From the NCBI GenBank assembly GCA_965248355.1, contig OZ252098.1, positions 224,001-288,000 on the forward strand: DNA of 64,000 nt. The letters are read 5' to 3'. Source of the stretch: Candidatus Latescibacterota bacterium (GTDB lineage Bacteria > Latescibacterota > UBA2968 > UBA8231). This document shows positions 26,666 through 35,598 of this stretch, one piece after another (the first letter of the stretch is position 1; every line of letters starts with the position of its first letter). The notes beneath the pieces are model-generated. The model did no database searches. It was not told the origin of the DNA and was given only the letters and a program-made list of their open reading frames with translations. The position numbers were made by a program, and so were the translations under genes.

Positions 26666-29600
26666 ATGACCGGTATCCGCCTGTCCCCCCGACTGCGCGC
26701 AGGAACCTTCGGCCTGCTCCTCGCCCTCGGCGCGGCGCAAGCCGCGGCAGAGGTCGACTTCGAGGCCCTTCGCCAGGTGGCCCCCGAGGACCGCCTGCGG
26801 CAGACCGTAGGCTTTTTCTCCGGCCTCGGTTCCCGGGTCGCCGGCTATCCCGGCGCCGAGCGGGCGGCCCTGCACATCCACCGCCAGTTCCGGCAGATCG
26901 GCCTGCACGACATCACCTTCCACAAGTACGACGTCTCCGTGCCCATCGACCGGGGGGGGGCGCTGAGGATCGCGGGCGGGCCTTCGGTCCGGCTCCACGG
27001 ACTGTGGCCGAACCTGGTGCGCACGTCGACCCTTCCCGACGGCGGCATCCACGGTCGGCTGATCTACGGTGGACGGGGGGAGTTCGAGGAGCTCGACGGT
27101 CAGGACGTGGAGGGAGCCGTCGTCGTCCTCGACTTCAACTCCGGTGACAACTGGCTCAACAGCGCCTTCCTCGGCGCCGCCGCCGTGGTCTTCATCGAGC
27201 CGGACTCGACCGTCTATCTCGAGGGGGAGCGGAAGTTCCTCACCATGCCCCTCGATCTGCCCCGGTTCTGGGTGAGCGGGTCGGATGGCCGGCTGCTGCG
27301 GAAGGCCATCGGGCCGGACGGACCGCCGCCCTCGGCCCATCTCGAGTACCGCATGGACTGGGAGCGGCGCCCGGCGTGGAACGTCATGGGCTTCATCCCC
27401 GGGTACGACCCCCTGCTCCAGAAGGACGTGATCGTCCTGGAGTCCTACTACGATGCCATGTCGGTGGTTCCCGCCCTCGCGCCCGGCGCCGAGCAGGCGG
27501 CCGGCATCACGGGTCTGCTGGAGCTGGCCCGCTACTTCCGCCAGCATCCGCCGGCGCGCTCGGTCCTGTTCCTGGCCACCTCGGCTCACCACCTCGCCCT
27601 GCGCGGCATCGACGACTTCATCCAGCGCTATCTGCGTGACGAGAATCCCTTCATCGACCGCATGGTCCTGCGCCGGGTCATCGAAGGGGCCCTGGCCCGC
27701 GGGCTGATCGGCGAGGGAGAGGACGGCGTCACCTACCAGCTCGGCGACCAGGTCTTCACCGGCAAGGAAGCGCTGGTACGCTCCGTGGCCGACCTCGACA
27801 CCGTCCTCGTGCGCGCCGTGGCCCAGGCCTCGATGGAGGACGGGGAGGATCTGATCGTCCAGGACGACGGCGCCTGGCGGGTCCGGTACCAGGACGGAGG
27901 AAAGATCCGCCAGGCCTCCTTCGACACCTCCGAAGACCTGCTCCGCGAGCTCGGCGACGACGAGGACCTCCGGCTGGGATTCTACCGCGAGTGGGTGGAT
28001 CCGAAGGTCGATTCCCTCTCCGTGAACCTGTTCATCAGTCTCGACCTGTCGACGCAGACCGACGAGCTGGGCATCTGGAACAGCAACTCGAGCTTTTACT
28101 ACAAGCGCTACTTCGCGCCCTTCGGCAAGAACTTCATGAACTACTCGCGAAAGGTGAGCCGCGAGCTCGGTTACAGCTTCCGCGACGTTCTGGTCAACGG
28201 AATCAGTCCCGAAGGGGGGAAGAGCTGGGAGACCTTCGTCCCCGGCGAGATCTCCGTCAACAGCGAGCTCGTGCTGACCACGGGCACCCCGGCCCTCGCC
28301 TTCGTCACCGTGAACGACGCCCGGTTTCTCGTCGACACGCCCCTCGACCGGCCGCAGAACATCCGCTACGACAACCTCTCGCGGCAGATCCGCGCCCTGG
28401 CGGGGATGTTCCACATGGCCTTCGAGGATCCGGAGCTCTTCCCCGACTTCAAGATGCGTCTCAAGGACACGATGCGGTCCCTGAAGGCCAGGACCATGAT
28501 CTTCCCCAGGCGCAGCATCGTTCCCGACCTGCCGCGCACCGGCGCCATCGGCGTCGTGCGCAACGGCAAGAAGAAGTCGTACAAGGGGGTGCGCGGCGAG
28601 TACTTCGAGGTCGTCGACGACGACGGGTCTTTCTTCGTCAACCGCATCCGCGTCGAGCAGGTCCAGGTGGAGGGCTACCGCATGGATCCGGCCACCGGCC
28701 GGGTCAGCTACGCGCCGGATCGCGGCATCCAGGGCGCCCAGGCCTACCCGATGCTGATCAAGATGGACTGGCGCGACAAGGAGTGGATGGTCGTTCTGTT
28801 CCCCTGTGAGGCCTTCAACTTCTTCGACATCGTCGACCCGCGCTACCTCACCAAGCTCTCCGAGGTCACCGTCTTCGACGAGACCAACGCCTCTCCCGTC
28901 GAGTACGGATACACCATCGGGGAAGGACCCTCGGCCAGGGACGAACCGGTGGGCGTGCTCTTCGCCCGCCCGGGGGCCTTCGTGAAGATGGGCTTCGGCG
29001 CCGGCATCCTCGGGTTCCGCTCCCTGCTGCTGAACTCCAAGAACCCCGACGACAAGGAGGAGGCCCTGGGCGAGGGCTTCGCCATGGAGCCGGGGAGCTC
29101 CTTCGCGCGCACCTCCTACCAGTCGGCCAAGGACATGTGGACCCTCGACGAGGCCCGCATGCGCGAGCTGAGGGGGTTCGCCATCGAGAACCAGCGCCTG
29201 AACGATCTGCACGAGCGCGCCCGGGGGGAGCTGGACCTGGCCGAAGAGGCCCTGGGGCGCAAGGAGTGGAGCGAGTTCGTGCGCCACACGCGCTCGGCCA
29301 TCGGACTGGAGTCACGGGCCTACCCCGACGTCAAGTCGACCCAGAACGACGTCATCCAGGGCATCATCTTCTTCATGGCCCTCGTCCTGCCCTGCGCCTA
29401 CTTCGCCGAGCGCCTGCTGATCACGGCGGCCACCGTCCAGCGCCAGATCATGGGCTTCGCCGGCATCTTCCTCGTCATCTGGATCGTCCTCTCCTTCGTC
29501 CACCCGGCCTTCGAACTGTCCAACCCCTTCGTCATCCTGCTGGCCTTCGTCATCCTCGTGCTCGCGGTCCTCGTCATGTGGATCATCTCCGGCCGGTTCA

Positions 29601-31483
29601 ACGAGCAGATGAAGAAGCTGCGCACCGAGGTGGCCGTCATCCACGACACCGACGTGAGCCGCTCCAGCGCCTCCCTCACCGCCTTCCTCCTGGGCATCTC
29701 CAACATGAAGCGCCGCAAGCTGCGCACGGCGCTGACCTTCGTCACCCTGTTGCTGCTCACCTTCACGGTCCTGTCCTTCACCTCCATCCAGACGTCCCTG
29801 CGCTACAACCAGATCGAGCGCGACAACGAGGGGCTCTACGAGGGCCTGCTGATCCGCAGCAAGGCGTGGACGCCCATGGAGGAGTCGGTTCTCGAGTACG
29901 CCCACAGCAACTTCGGCGACCGGGCCGCCATCGCGCCGAGGAGCTGGTACGACAACAAGAAGAAGGCCCACATCAAGATCAAGTACGGCGATGACGCCCA
30001 TAACGCCCTCGGCGTTCTCGGCCTGACCCCGGTCGAGACCGAGGTGACCGGTCTCGACCAGGCCCTGCTGGCGGGCCGCTGGTTCCGACCCGGCGAGGGG
30101 CGGGTCTGCATTCTGCCCAACGACATGCTCGGCGCGGACAAGCTCGGCATCGACATGATCGACGTCGACCGCGGCACCGTCACGGTACGCGTCTTCGGCG
30201 AGCGGTTCACCGTCATCGGCATCATCAACTCCACGCGCATGAAGGAGCTGAAGGATCTCGACGACGAGACCATGACCCCCGCCGACTTCGCCGTCACCGG
30301 CGGCCAGGCGGTGCAGGAGATCGCCGAGGAGGAGCAGCGGGAGAAGCAGGGCCTCGAGGACGCGCAGGTGGTGATCAAGCCCTTCGTCCACCTCGAGCCG
30401 GCCAACACCCTGCTCATGCCGTACCACACGTTGCGCAACGTGGGCAGCGGCAACCCCCTGCAGTCCGTGGCCGTCCGCTTCGAGGAGGGAGTCGACGAGC
30501 GCGCCGAGATCGAGCAGTTCCTGTCGCGGCTGGCGGTGACCCTCTTCGCCGGCATCCAGGAGCCGGGCGACGACTACATCAAGGTGTCGATCTACAGCTC
30601 CCTGGGCATGACCTCCCTGTCGGGCGTGGCCAACCTCTTCGTGCCGATCCTCATCGCCGCCCTCATCGTGCTCAACACGATGATGGGCAGCGTGTACGAG
30701 CGCTTCCGGGAGATCGGCATCTATTCCTCGGTGGGCCTGGCGCCGGGACACATCGCCTGGTTGTTCATGGCCGAGTCCTGCGTCTACTCCGTCCTCGGGG
30801 TGGTGGCCGGCTATCTCGTGGGCCAGGTCACGGCCACCCTCCTGACGGAGTTCGGGGTGGTCGCGGGCTTCACCCTCAACTATTCGTCCCTGTCGGCCGT
30901 GCTCTCCTGCATCCTGGTGATGGCCGTGGTCATGCTCTCCACCATCTATCCGGCCCGCAGGGCCTCGCAGTTGGCGGTGCCCGACGTGACCCGCCGCTGG
31001 CGGCTGCCGCGCCCGGAGGGTGACGTCTGGCACTTCGAGTTCCCCTTCACCGTGGCCGGCCGCGACGTGGTCGGCCTGTCGGTCTTCCTCATCGGCTACT
31101 TCGACTCCTACTCCGAGGAGTCGATCGGCACCTTCTACACCGACGGCGCCAAGCTGGGACGCCTCGACTCCGAGCACGGCGAGGGCTACACCATCGACAT
31201 GAACATCTGGCTGGCGCCCTTCGACCTGGGGGTCAGCCAGCACGTGGTCATCCGCGCCCTGCCCGAGGCCGAGCACAACATCTACCAGGTTCAGCTCGAC
31301 ATCCGCCGCCTGAGCGGCGAGGACGCCTCGTGGCGGCGCGTCAACCAGCGTTTCATGAACGTCATCCGCAAGCAGTTCCTCATCTGGCGCACCGTCGACG
31401 CCGAGGCCAAGGAGGCCTACCGGCGCCAGGGACAGGAGCTGCTGGCCGGCGCCCGCGCCGACTCCGTCTCCGCCTCCGCCTGA
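26666..31483 (+). CDS. Fusion of a PA/M28-peptidase-like ectodomain with an FtsX/MacB-like permease, ~1600 aa
   Basis: Signal peptide; SRVAGYPG, NVMGFIPG..DVIVLESYYD, GITGLLELAR (M28 fold); NMKRRKLRTALT, VYERFREIGIYSSVG, YPARRAS (FtsX/MacB). Confidence 0.85.
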   Translation: MTGIRLSPRLRAGTFGLLLALGAAQAAAEVDFEALRQVAPEDRLRQTVGFFSGLGSRVAGYPGAERAALHIHRQFRQIGLHDITFHKYDVSVPIDRGGALRIAGGPSVRLHGLWPNLVRTSTLPDGGIHGRLIYGGRGEFEELDGQDVEGAVVVLDFNSGDNWLNSAFLGAAAVVFIEPDSTVYLEGERKFLTMPLDLPRFWVSGSDGRLLRKAIGPDGPPPSAHLEYRMDWERRPAWNVMGFIPGYDPLLQKDVIVLESYYDAMSVVPALAPGAEQAAGITGLLELARYFRQHPPARSVLFLATSAHHLALRGIDDFIQRYLRDENPFIDRMVLRRVIEGALARGLIGEGEDGVTYQLGDQVFTGKEALVRSVADLDTVLVRAVAQASMEDGEDLIVQDDGAWRVRYQDGGKIRQASFDTSEDLLRELGDDEDLRLGFYREWVDPKVDSLSVNLFISLDLSTQTDELGIWNSNSSFYYKRYFAPFGKNFMNYSRKVSRELGYSFRDVLVNGISPEGGKSWETFVPGEISVNSELVLTTGTPALAFVTVNDARFLVDTPLDRPQNIRYDNLSRQIRALAGMFHMAFEDPELFPDFKMRLKDTMRSLKARTMIFPRRSIVPDLPRTGAIGVVRNGKKKSYKGVRGEYFEVVDDDGSFFVNRIRVEQVQVEGYRMDPATGRVSYAPDRGIQGAQAYPMLIKMDWRDKEWMVVLFPCEAFNFFDIVDPRYLTKLSEVTVFDETNASPVEYGYTIGEGPSARDEPVGVLFARPGAFVKMGFGAGILGFRSLLLNSKNPDDKEEALGEGFAMEPGSSFARTSYQSAKDMWTLDEARMRELRGFAIENQRLNDLHERARGELDLAEEALGRKEWSEFVRHTRSAIGLESRAYPDVKSTQNDVIQGIIFFMALVLPCAYFAERLLITAATVQRQIMGFAGIFLVIWIVLSFVHPAFELSNPFVILLAFVILVLAVLVMWIISGRFNEQMKKLRTEVAVIHDTDVSRSSASLTAFLLGISNMKRRKLRTALTFVTLLLLTFTVLSFTSIQTSLRYNQIERDNEGLYEGLLIRSKAWTPMEESVLEYAHSNFGDRAAIAPRSWYDNKKKAHIKIKYGDDAHNALGVLGLTPVETEVTGLDQALLAGRWFRPGEGRVCILPNDMLGADKLGIDMIDVDRGTVTVRVFGERFTVIGIINSTRMKELKDLDDETMTPADFAVTGGQAVQEIAEEEQREKQGLEDAQVVIKPFVHLEPANTLLMPYHTLRNVGSGNPLQSVAVRFEEGVDERAEIEQFLSRLAVTLFAGIQEPGDDYIKVSIYSSLGMTSLSGVANLFVPILIAALIVLNTMMGSVYERFREIGIYSSVGLAPGHIAWLFMAESCVYSVLGVVAGYLVGQVTATLLTEFGVVAGFTLNYSSLSAVLSCILVMAVVMLSTIYPARRASQLAVPDVTRRWRLPRPEGDVWHFEFPFTVAGRDVVGLSVFLIGYFDSYSEESIGTFYTDGAKLGRLDSEHGEGYTIDMNIWLAPFDLGVSQHVVIRALPEAEHNIYQVQLDIRRLSGEDASWRRVNQRFMNVIRKQFLIWRTVDAEAKEAYRRQGQELLAGARADSVSASA

Positions 31484-31502
31484 CCCGCAACCTCGTCTGA
31501 GC

Positions 31503-33989
31503 ATGCTGCGACGCAAGAGCAACGCCAATCAGGAAATCGAGGAGTACCGCGACCTCCTCGAGACGCCGACAGAGTTCGAGGACGGCTTTACGCGCAAGGC
31601 GATTCTCGGGGTCTTCTTCGTCGCCTTCATCATGATCCCGGGGAACATGTACCTCAGCCTCATGGTGGGCGGTTCCCTCGGCGCCGCCGCGGAGTGGGTG
31701 ACGATCATCCTCTTCGCCGAGATCACCAAGCGGTCCTTCACCTCCCTGACGCGCCAGGAGGTCTACGTCCTCTACTACGTGGCGGCGGGGCTGATCGCCG
31801 CCGAGACGGGCGCTTTCGAGGGACTGCTGTGGAACCAGTACCTGCGCCAGTCGCCGCCGGCCCAGCAGTTCGGCATCGCCAACCTGATCCCCGACTGGTG
31901 GGCGCCGCCCCTGGAGTCGCCGGCCCTGCTGCAGCGGACTTTCCTGCACACGGACTGGATCATCCCTATCGGGCTCCTGCTGGCGCAGTTCGTGATCTCG
32001 CGGGTCTCGTGGTTCACCATGGCCTACGTGCTCTTCCGGCTCAACTCCGACTACGAGCGCCTGCCCTTCCCCTTCGCGCCCGTGGCCGCCCAGGGCGCCA
32101 CGGCCCTGGCCGAGACCACCCAGGGTGTGGAATCGTGGCGCTGGAGGGTGTTCTCCGCCGGCGCCATGATCGGACTGGTCTTCGGAACCCTGTACGTGGC
32201 GATCCCGGCGATCTCCGGCTCCCTGCTCACCAAGCCGATCCAGCTGATCCCCATCCCCTTCGTCGATTTCACCCAAGTCACGGGCAACTTCATTCCGGCC
32301 ACGCCCCTCGGGTTCACCGCCCACCTGGGGCCGATCTTCGCCGGCCTCGTCATGCCCTTCTGGGGGGTCATGGGCACCTTCCTCGGCGTCGTCGCCCACT
32401 CGGTGGCCAACCCGATCCTGTACGACCTCGGCTACCTCGAGATCTGGCAACCGGGCATGGGCGCCATCGAGACCTTCTTCGTCAACTCCGTCGACTTCTG
32501 GATGAGCTTCGGCATCGGCACGACCATCGCCATCGCCCTCATCGGCGTCTGGCAGGTCTTCCAGGGTGTGCGCACCGCCAGGGCCGCCAGGGCCGCCGGC
32601 GGGGTAGGCCGCACCTGGGCCGTGCCCGAAGGACGCGGCGATTTCCCCCTGTGGATCGCCCTGTCCCTGTACTCCCTGACCGCCGCCGGCCTGATCGCCA
32701 TCGCCTGGATCTTCCTGCCCGCCTTCCACCAGTTCATCTGGTTCTTCCTGTTCTTCGGCTTCGTGCTGACCCCGCTCCAGTCCTTCGTGAACGCCCGTCT
32801 CGTGGGCATGGTGGGGCAGACGATCGAAATCCCGTACGTGCGCGAGGCGACGATCATCTTCTCCGGGTACCAGGGCGTGGACATCTGGTTCATGCCCTTC
32901 CCCCTGGGCAACTACGGCGCCCAGACCCAGAAGTTCCGCGAGATCGAGCTCACGGGGACCAAGTTCACGAGCATCATCAAGGCCGAGATCGTGATGGTGC
33001 CCATCGTCCTGTTCGCCACCTTCCTGTACTCCTCCTACATCTGGAAGCTGGCCCCCATCCCCTCGGCCTCGTACCCCTACGCCCAGGTCATGTGGCGCCT
33101 GCGGGCTCTCCAGACCTGCATCTGGTTCACGGGCACCCTGAGGAGCGAGCTGACGGAGTCGCCGGAGCGCAACAGCGCCACCTGGCTGCCGTCGAACCTG
33201 GTGGAAGGGGAGTGGTGGTACTGGCGCGTGCGCGCCGCCGACCGCCAGTGGATCGAGTCGCAGGGAAAGCGCGGGGAAGCCGGTCCCTGGTCCCCGAAGC
33301 GGGCCTTCTACACCCACTTCCGCGAAGGCCTGCCCGAGCACGTGCTGTCCATGCCGCCCGGGGCCCTGGAGGAGACGGCGCCGGCCGCGCCCGGCGGCCT
33401 GGGGCTGCGCGCCGAGGGGCCGGCCACGGTGAGCCTGCCGAACGCCGCGGAGCTGGTCCGCGACGCCGTGGCCTCTCCGGACCGCCTGCCGGAGCTGATC
33501 GAGGGCGACAGGCCGGTGATCGGCATCGCCACCACGCCGCGCCCGGCCCTGCGGGCTTCCAGCGGCCAGGCCCTGCCCGCCGGCTGGGAGTACTACTTCG
33601 CCGTCGATACCGATCCGAACTTCACCAGCCCCTGGCTCCAGCGGTCCAGCGACGAGCCCTGGCTGTTCCGGGCGATCAAGAAAGAGATCATCATCGCCGG
33701 GACCGTCGTCGGCCTGGGCAGCTACATCTTCCTGTCCGCCTTCGGGTTGCCGATCCTCCTCGTCTTCGGGTACGTGCGTGCCCTGACGACGATCCCCCAC
33801 TGGATGGTCACCGAGGTCATCGGCGCCCTGCTGGCGCGCTACTACTTCTGGAACAAGTACGGACGGCAGCAGTGGCGCACCTATGCGCCGGTCCTCGCCG
33901 TCGGCTTCGCCTGCGGCATGGCGCTCATGGGCATGGCGTCCATCTCCATCGCCCTGATCCAGAAGTCGGTATCGGTCCTCATCTTCTAG
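31503..33989 (+). CDS. OPT-like (oligopeptide transporter superfamily) membrane protein with an inserted soluble domain
   Basis: Many TM helices; FTRKAILG, DYERLPFPFAPV and APIPSASYP resemble OPT/peptide-transporter motifs; a hydrophilic insert spans about 33140-33660. Confidence 0.75.
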   Translation: MLRRKSNANQEIEEYRDLLETPTEFEDGFTRKAILGVFFVAFIMIPGNMYLSLMVGGSLGAAAEWVTIILFAEITKRSFTSLTRQEVYVLYYVAAGLIAAETGAFEGLLWNQYLRQSPPAQQFGIANLIPDWWAPPLESPALLQRTFLHTDWIIPIGLLLAQFVISRVSWFTMAYVLFRLNSDYERLPFPFAPVAAQGATALAETTQGVESWRWRVFSAGAMIGLVFGTLYVAIPAISGSLLTKPIQLIPIPFVDFTQVTGNFIPATPLGFTAHLGPIFAGLVMPFWGVMGTFLGVVAHSVANPILYDLGYLEIWQPGMGAIETFFVNSVDFWMSFGIGTTIAIALIGVWQVFQGVRTARAARAAGGVGRTWAVPEGRGDFPLWIALSLYSLTAAGLIAIAWIFLPAFHQFIWFFLFFGFVLTPLQSFVNARLVGMVGQTIEIPYVREATIIFSGYQGVDIWFMPFPLGNYGAQTQKFREIELTGTKFTSIIKAEIVMVPIVLFATFLYSSYIWKLAPIPSASYPYAQVMWRLRALQTCIWFTGTLRSELTESPERNSATWLPSNLVEGEWWYWRVRAADRQWIESQGKRGEAGPWSPKRAFYTHFREGLPEHVLSMPPGALEETAPAAPGGLGLRAEGPATVSLPNAAELVRDAVASPDRLPELIEGDRPVIGIATTPRPALRASSGQALPAGWEYYFAVDTDPNFTSPWLQRSSDEPWLFRAIKKEIIIAGTVVGLGSYIFLSAFGLPILLVFGYVRALTTIPHWMVTEVIGALLARYYFWNKYGRQQWRTYAPVLAVGFACGMALMGMASISIALIQKSVSVLIF

Positions 33990-34010
33990 CCCCTCACAAG
34001 CCAGGAAGTC

Positions 34011-35135
34011 ATGTCCGAGCGTGACGGGCTGCCGGCGGGGGAGGGCAGGGCGCCGGAAGGGACCGCCTCCGGGGCCGGATCCTCCTTGGCCCCCGGGGGC
34101 CGCCGCTACGACTTCGGCTGGCAGGGGATCCGGCTGTGTGTCCCGCAGGAGTGGGAGCTGGGAAAGGTCGACGGAGACGCGGCCAGCGGCTACGCCCGGC
34201 TCGACGACACGCGCATGGTGCGGGCCGAGATCGAGTGGCGGGCGCCCCCCAAGCGCGGCATGCGCCGGCCCGTGGAGGACCTGGTGGGCCGCTATATCGA
34301 CCAGTTGCAGAAGAAGGCGGACAAGGCGGGCATGAAGCTGCGCGTCGAACGACGCGCGAAGTTCCTCAAGGACAAGCGCTGGCTCGAGGGCAGCGAGTAC
34401 GAGACCTTCGTCTGGCAGGCGGACTACCGCGCCTACAACCTGGCCCGGGCCTGCCCGGTCTGCGGCCGCATCGTCCTGCTGCGGGTGCTGGCGGGAAAGG
34501 ACGACGGCGGCGCCGAGATCGGCCTGGTGAACGAGATCCTGCCCACCCTGGAGGACCACCCGCGCGGCGAGCTGCAGTTCTGGAGCCTCTACGGCCTCAC
34601 CTTTCACGTCCCCCCGGACTTTCAGCTCACCGAGAAGGAGCTGAAGTCGGGCCACGTGAAGCTGATCTTCGAGAAGGACGGGGGCGCACAGACCCTGCGC
34701 GTGCATCGCCTGAGCATGGCCCACATGCTGTTGAAGGATACGGGCATCATGGACTGGTACCCCTCCTTCTTCCGCAAGGACCTGCGCGACGTCAATCACG
34801 AGGTCGCCGAGGCCACCATACGCGGCCACCAGGGCCTGCGAGTCAGCGGCCGGCCTCAGAGCCGCTGGCGCCAGATCCTGCGGCCCTTGCCGTTCGTCAA
34901 CCCGAGGCCGAGGCGCCACCTGCGGGGCGTCGCGTGGCACTGCCCCGACCTGAATCGCATCTGCATCGTCGAGCACCTGTTCAAGAAGGTCGATCAGGCC
35001 GGCGAGATCCTCGACGAGGTCATGGACGGATATGTTTGCCACGAAGAAGAAGCCGCAGCTGACCCGGGAGGCGATGATGGAGTCGCGCCCGGCGCGCAAC
35101 GAGTTGCTGGCGTGGGAGGACACGGAGGAGGGTGA
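34011..35135 (+). CDS. Hypothetical cytoplasmic protein with an internal two-fold repeat
   Basis: Coherent ORF with host-like codon usage; repeated W.G...VP..W/F.L motifs; the last ~30 codons overlap the next gene. Confidence 0.7.
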   Translation: MSERDGLPAGEGRAPEGTASGAGSSLAPGGRRYDFGWQGIRLCVPQEWELGKVDGDAASGYARLDDTRMVRAEIEWRAPPKRGMRRPVEDLVGRYIDQLQKKADKAGMKLRVERRAKFLKDKRWLEGSEYETFVWQADYRAYNLARACPVCGRIVLLRVLAGKDDGGAEIGLVNEILPTLEDHPRGELQFWSLYGLTFHVPPDFQLTEKELKSGHVKLIFEKDGGAQTLRVHRLSMAHMLLKDTGIMDWYPSFFRKDLRDVNHEVAEATIRGHQGLRVSGRPQSRWRQILRPLPFVNPRPRRHLRGVAWHCPDLNRICIVEHLFKKVDQAGEILDEVMDGYVCHEEEAAADPGGDDGVAPGAQRVAGVGGHGGG

Positions 35136-35475
35136 GGTCCGGATCACGGTGACCCGCCAGGAGACCTGGAAGACGCGCCTGCTGTCGAAGGTCTTCTACA
35201 TCCCCGAGAAGCGGACCATCACCCTCGACGAGGTCGGCGCCCAGGTGTGGCAGATGTGCGACGGCCGCACCTCCGTGGCGCAGATGATCGAAGGCCTCCG
35301 GGACCACTACAAGCTCGACCGCAAGGAGGCGGAGGTCTCCCTCCTGTCCTATCTGAAGACCCTCGGCCAGAAGCGGTTCGTCGGGTTCCTCGTGGAGGGC
35401 GCCGGCAGGACGCCCCCCGCGGAAGGGGGTGGCCGGAGAGGCAAGGATGCCAGCGGCAAGAAGTGGAAACGGTGA
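35032..35475 (+). CDS. PqqD-family / RiPP recognition element-like protein
   Basis: ITLDEVGAQVWQMCDGRTSVAQMIEGL..HY.L...EAEVSLLSYLKTLGQKRFV matches the PqqD winged-helix pattern. Confidence 0.85.
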   Translation: MFATKKKPQLTREAMMESRPARNELLAWEDTEEGEVRITVTRQETWKTRLLSKVFYIPEKRTITLDEVGAQVWQMCDGRTSVAQMIEGLRDHYKLDRKEAEVSLLSYLKTLGQKRFVGFLVEGAGRTPPAEGGGRRGKDASGKKWKR

Positions 35476-35598
35476 GCGCCCCGCCCGCCCCGCGGGAAGG
35501 CCTGCGGTCCTTCTTCCGGACCTGCCGGCTCGAGGATCCGCCCTCTCCGGGACCCGCCGCCCTGGCGGGCCCGAACTGATGCCGGGCGGACCCCGGGT

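Noticed and set aside
31380-35147. 1255-aa minus-strand ORF (also 9319..12081, 26582..29287, 29312..31528, and 23193..25694 on +)
   Set aside because: Antisense shadows of real genes, expected from high-GC codon bias; no recognisable motifs.
35476-35598. Possible RiPP precursor ORF downstream of pqqD
   Set aside because: No convincing RBS or precursor-like composition; the region looks like a GC-rich spacer with a weak hairpin.
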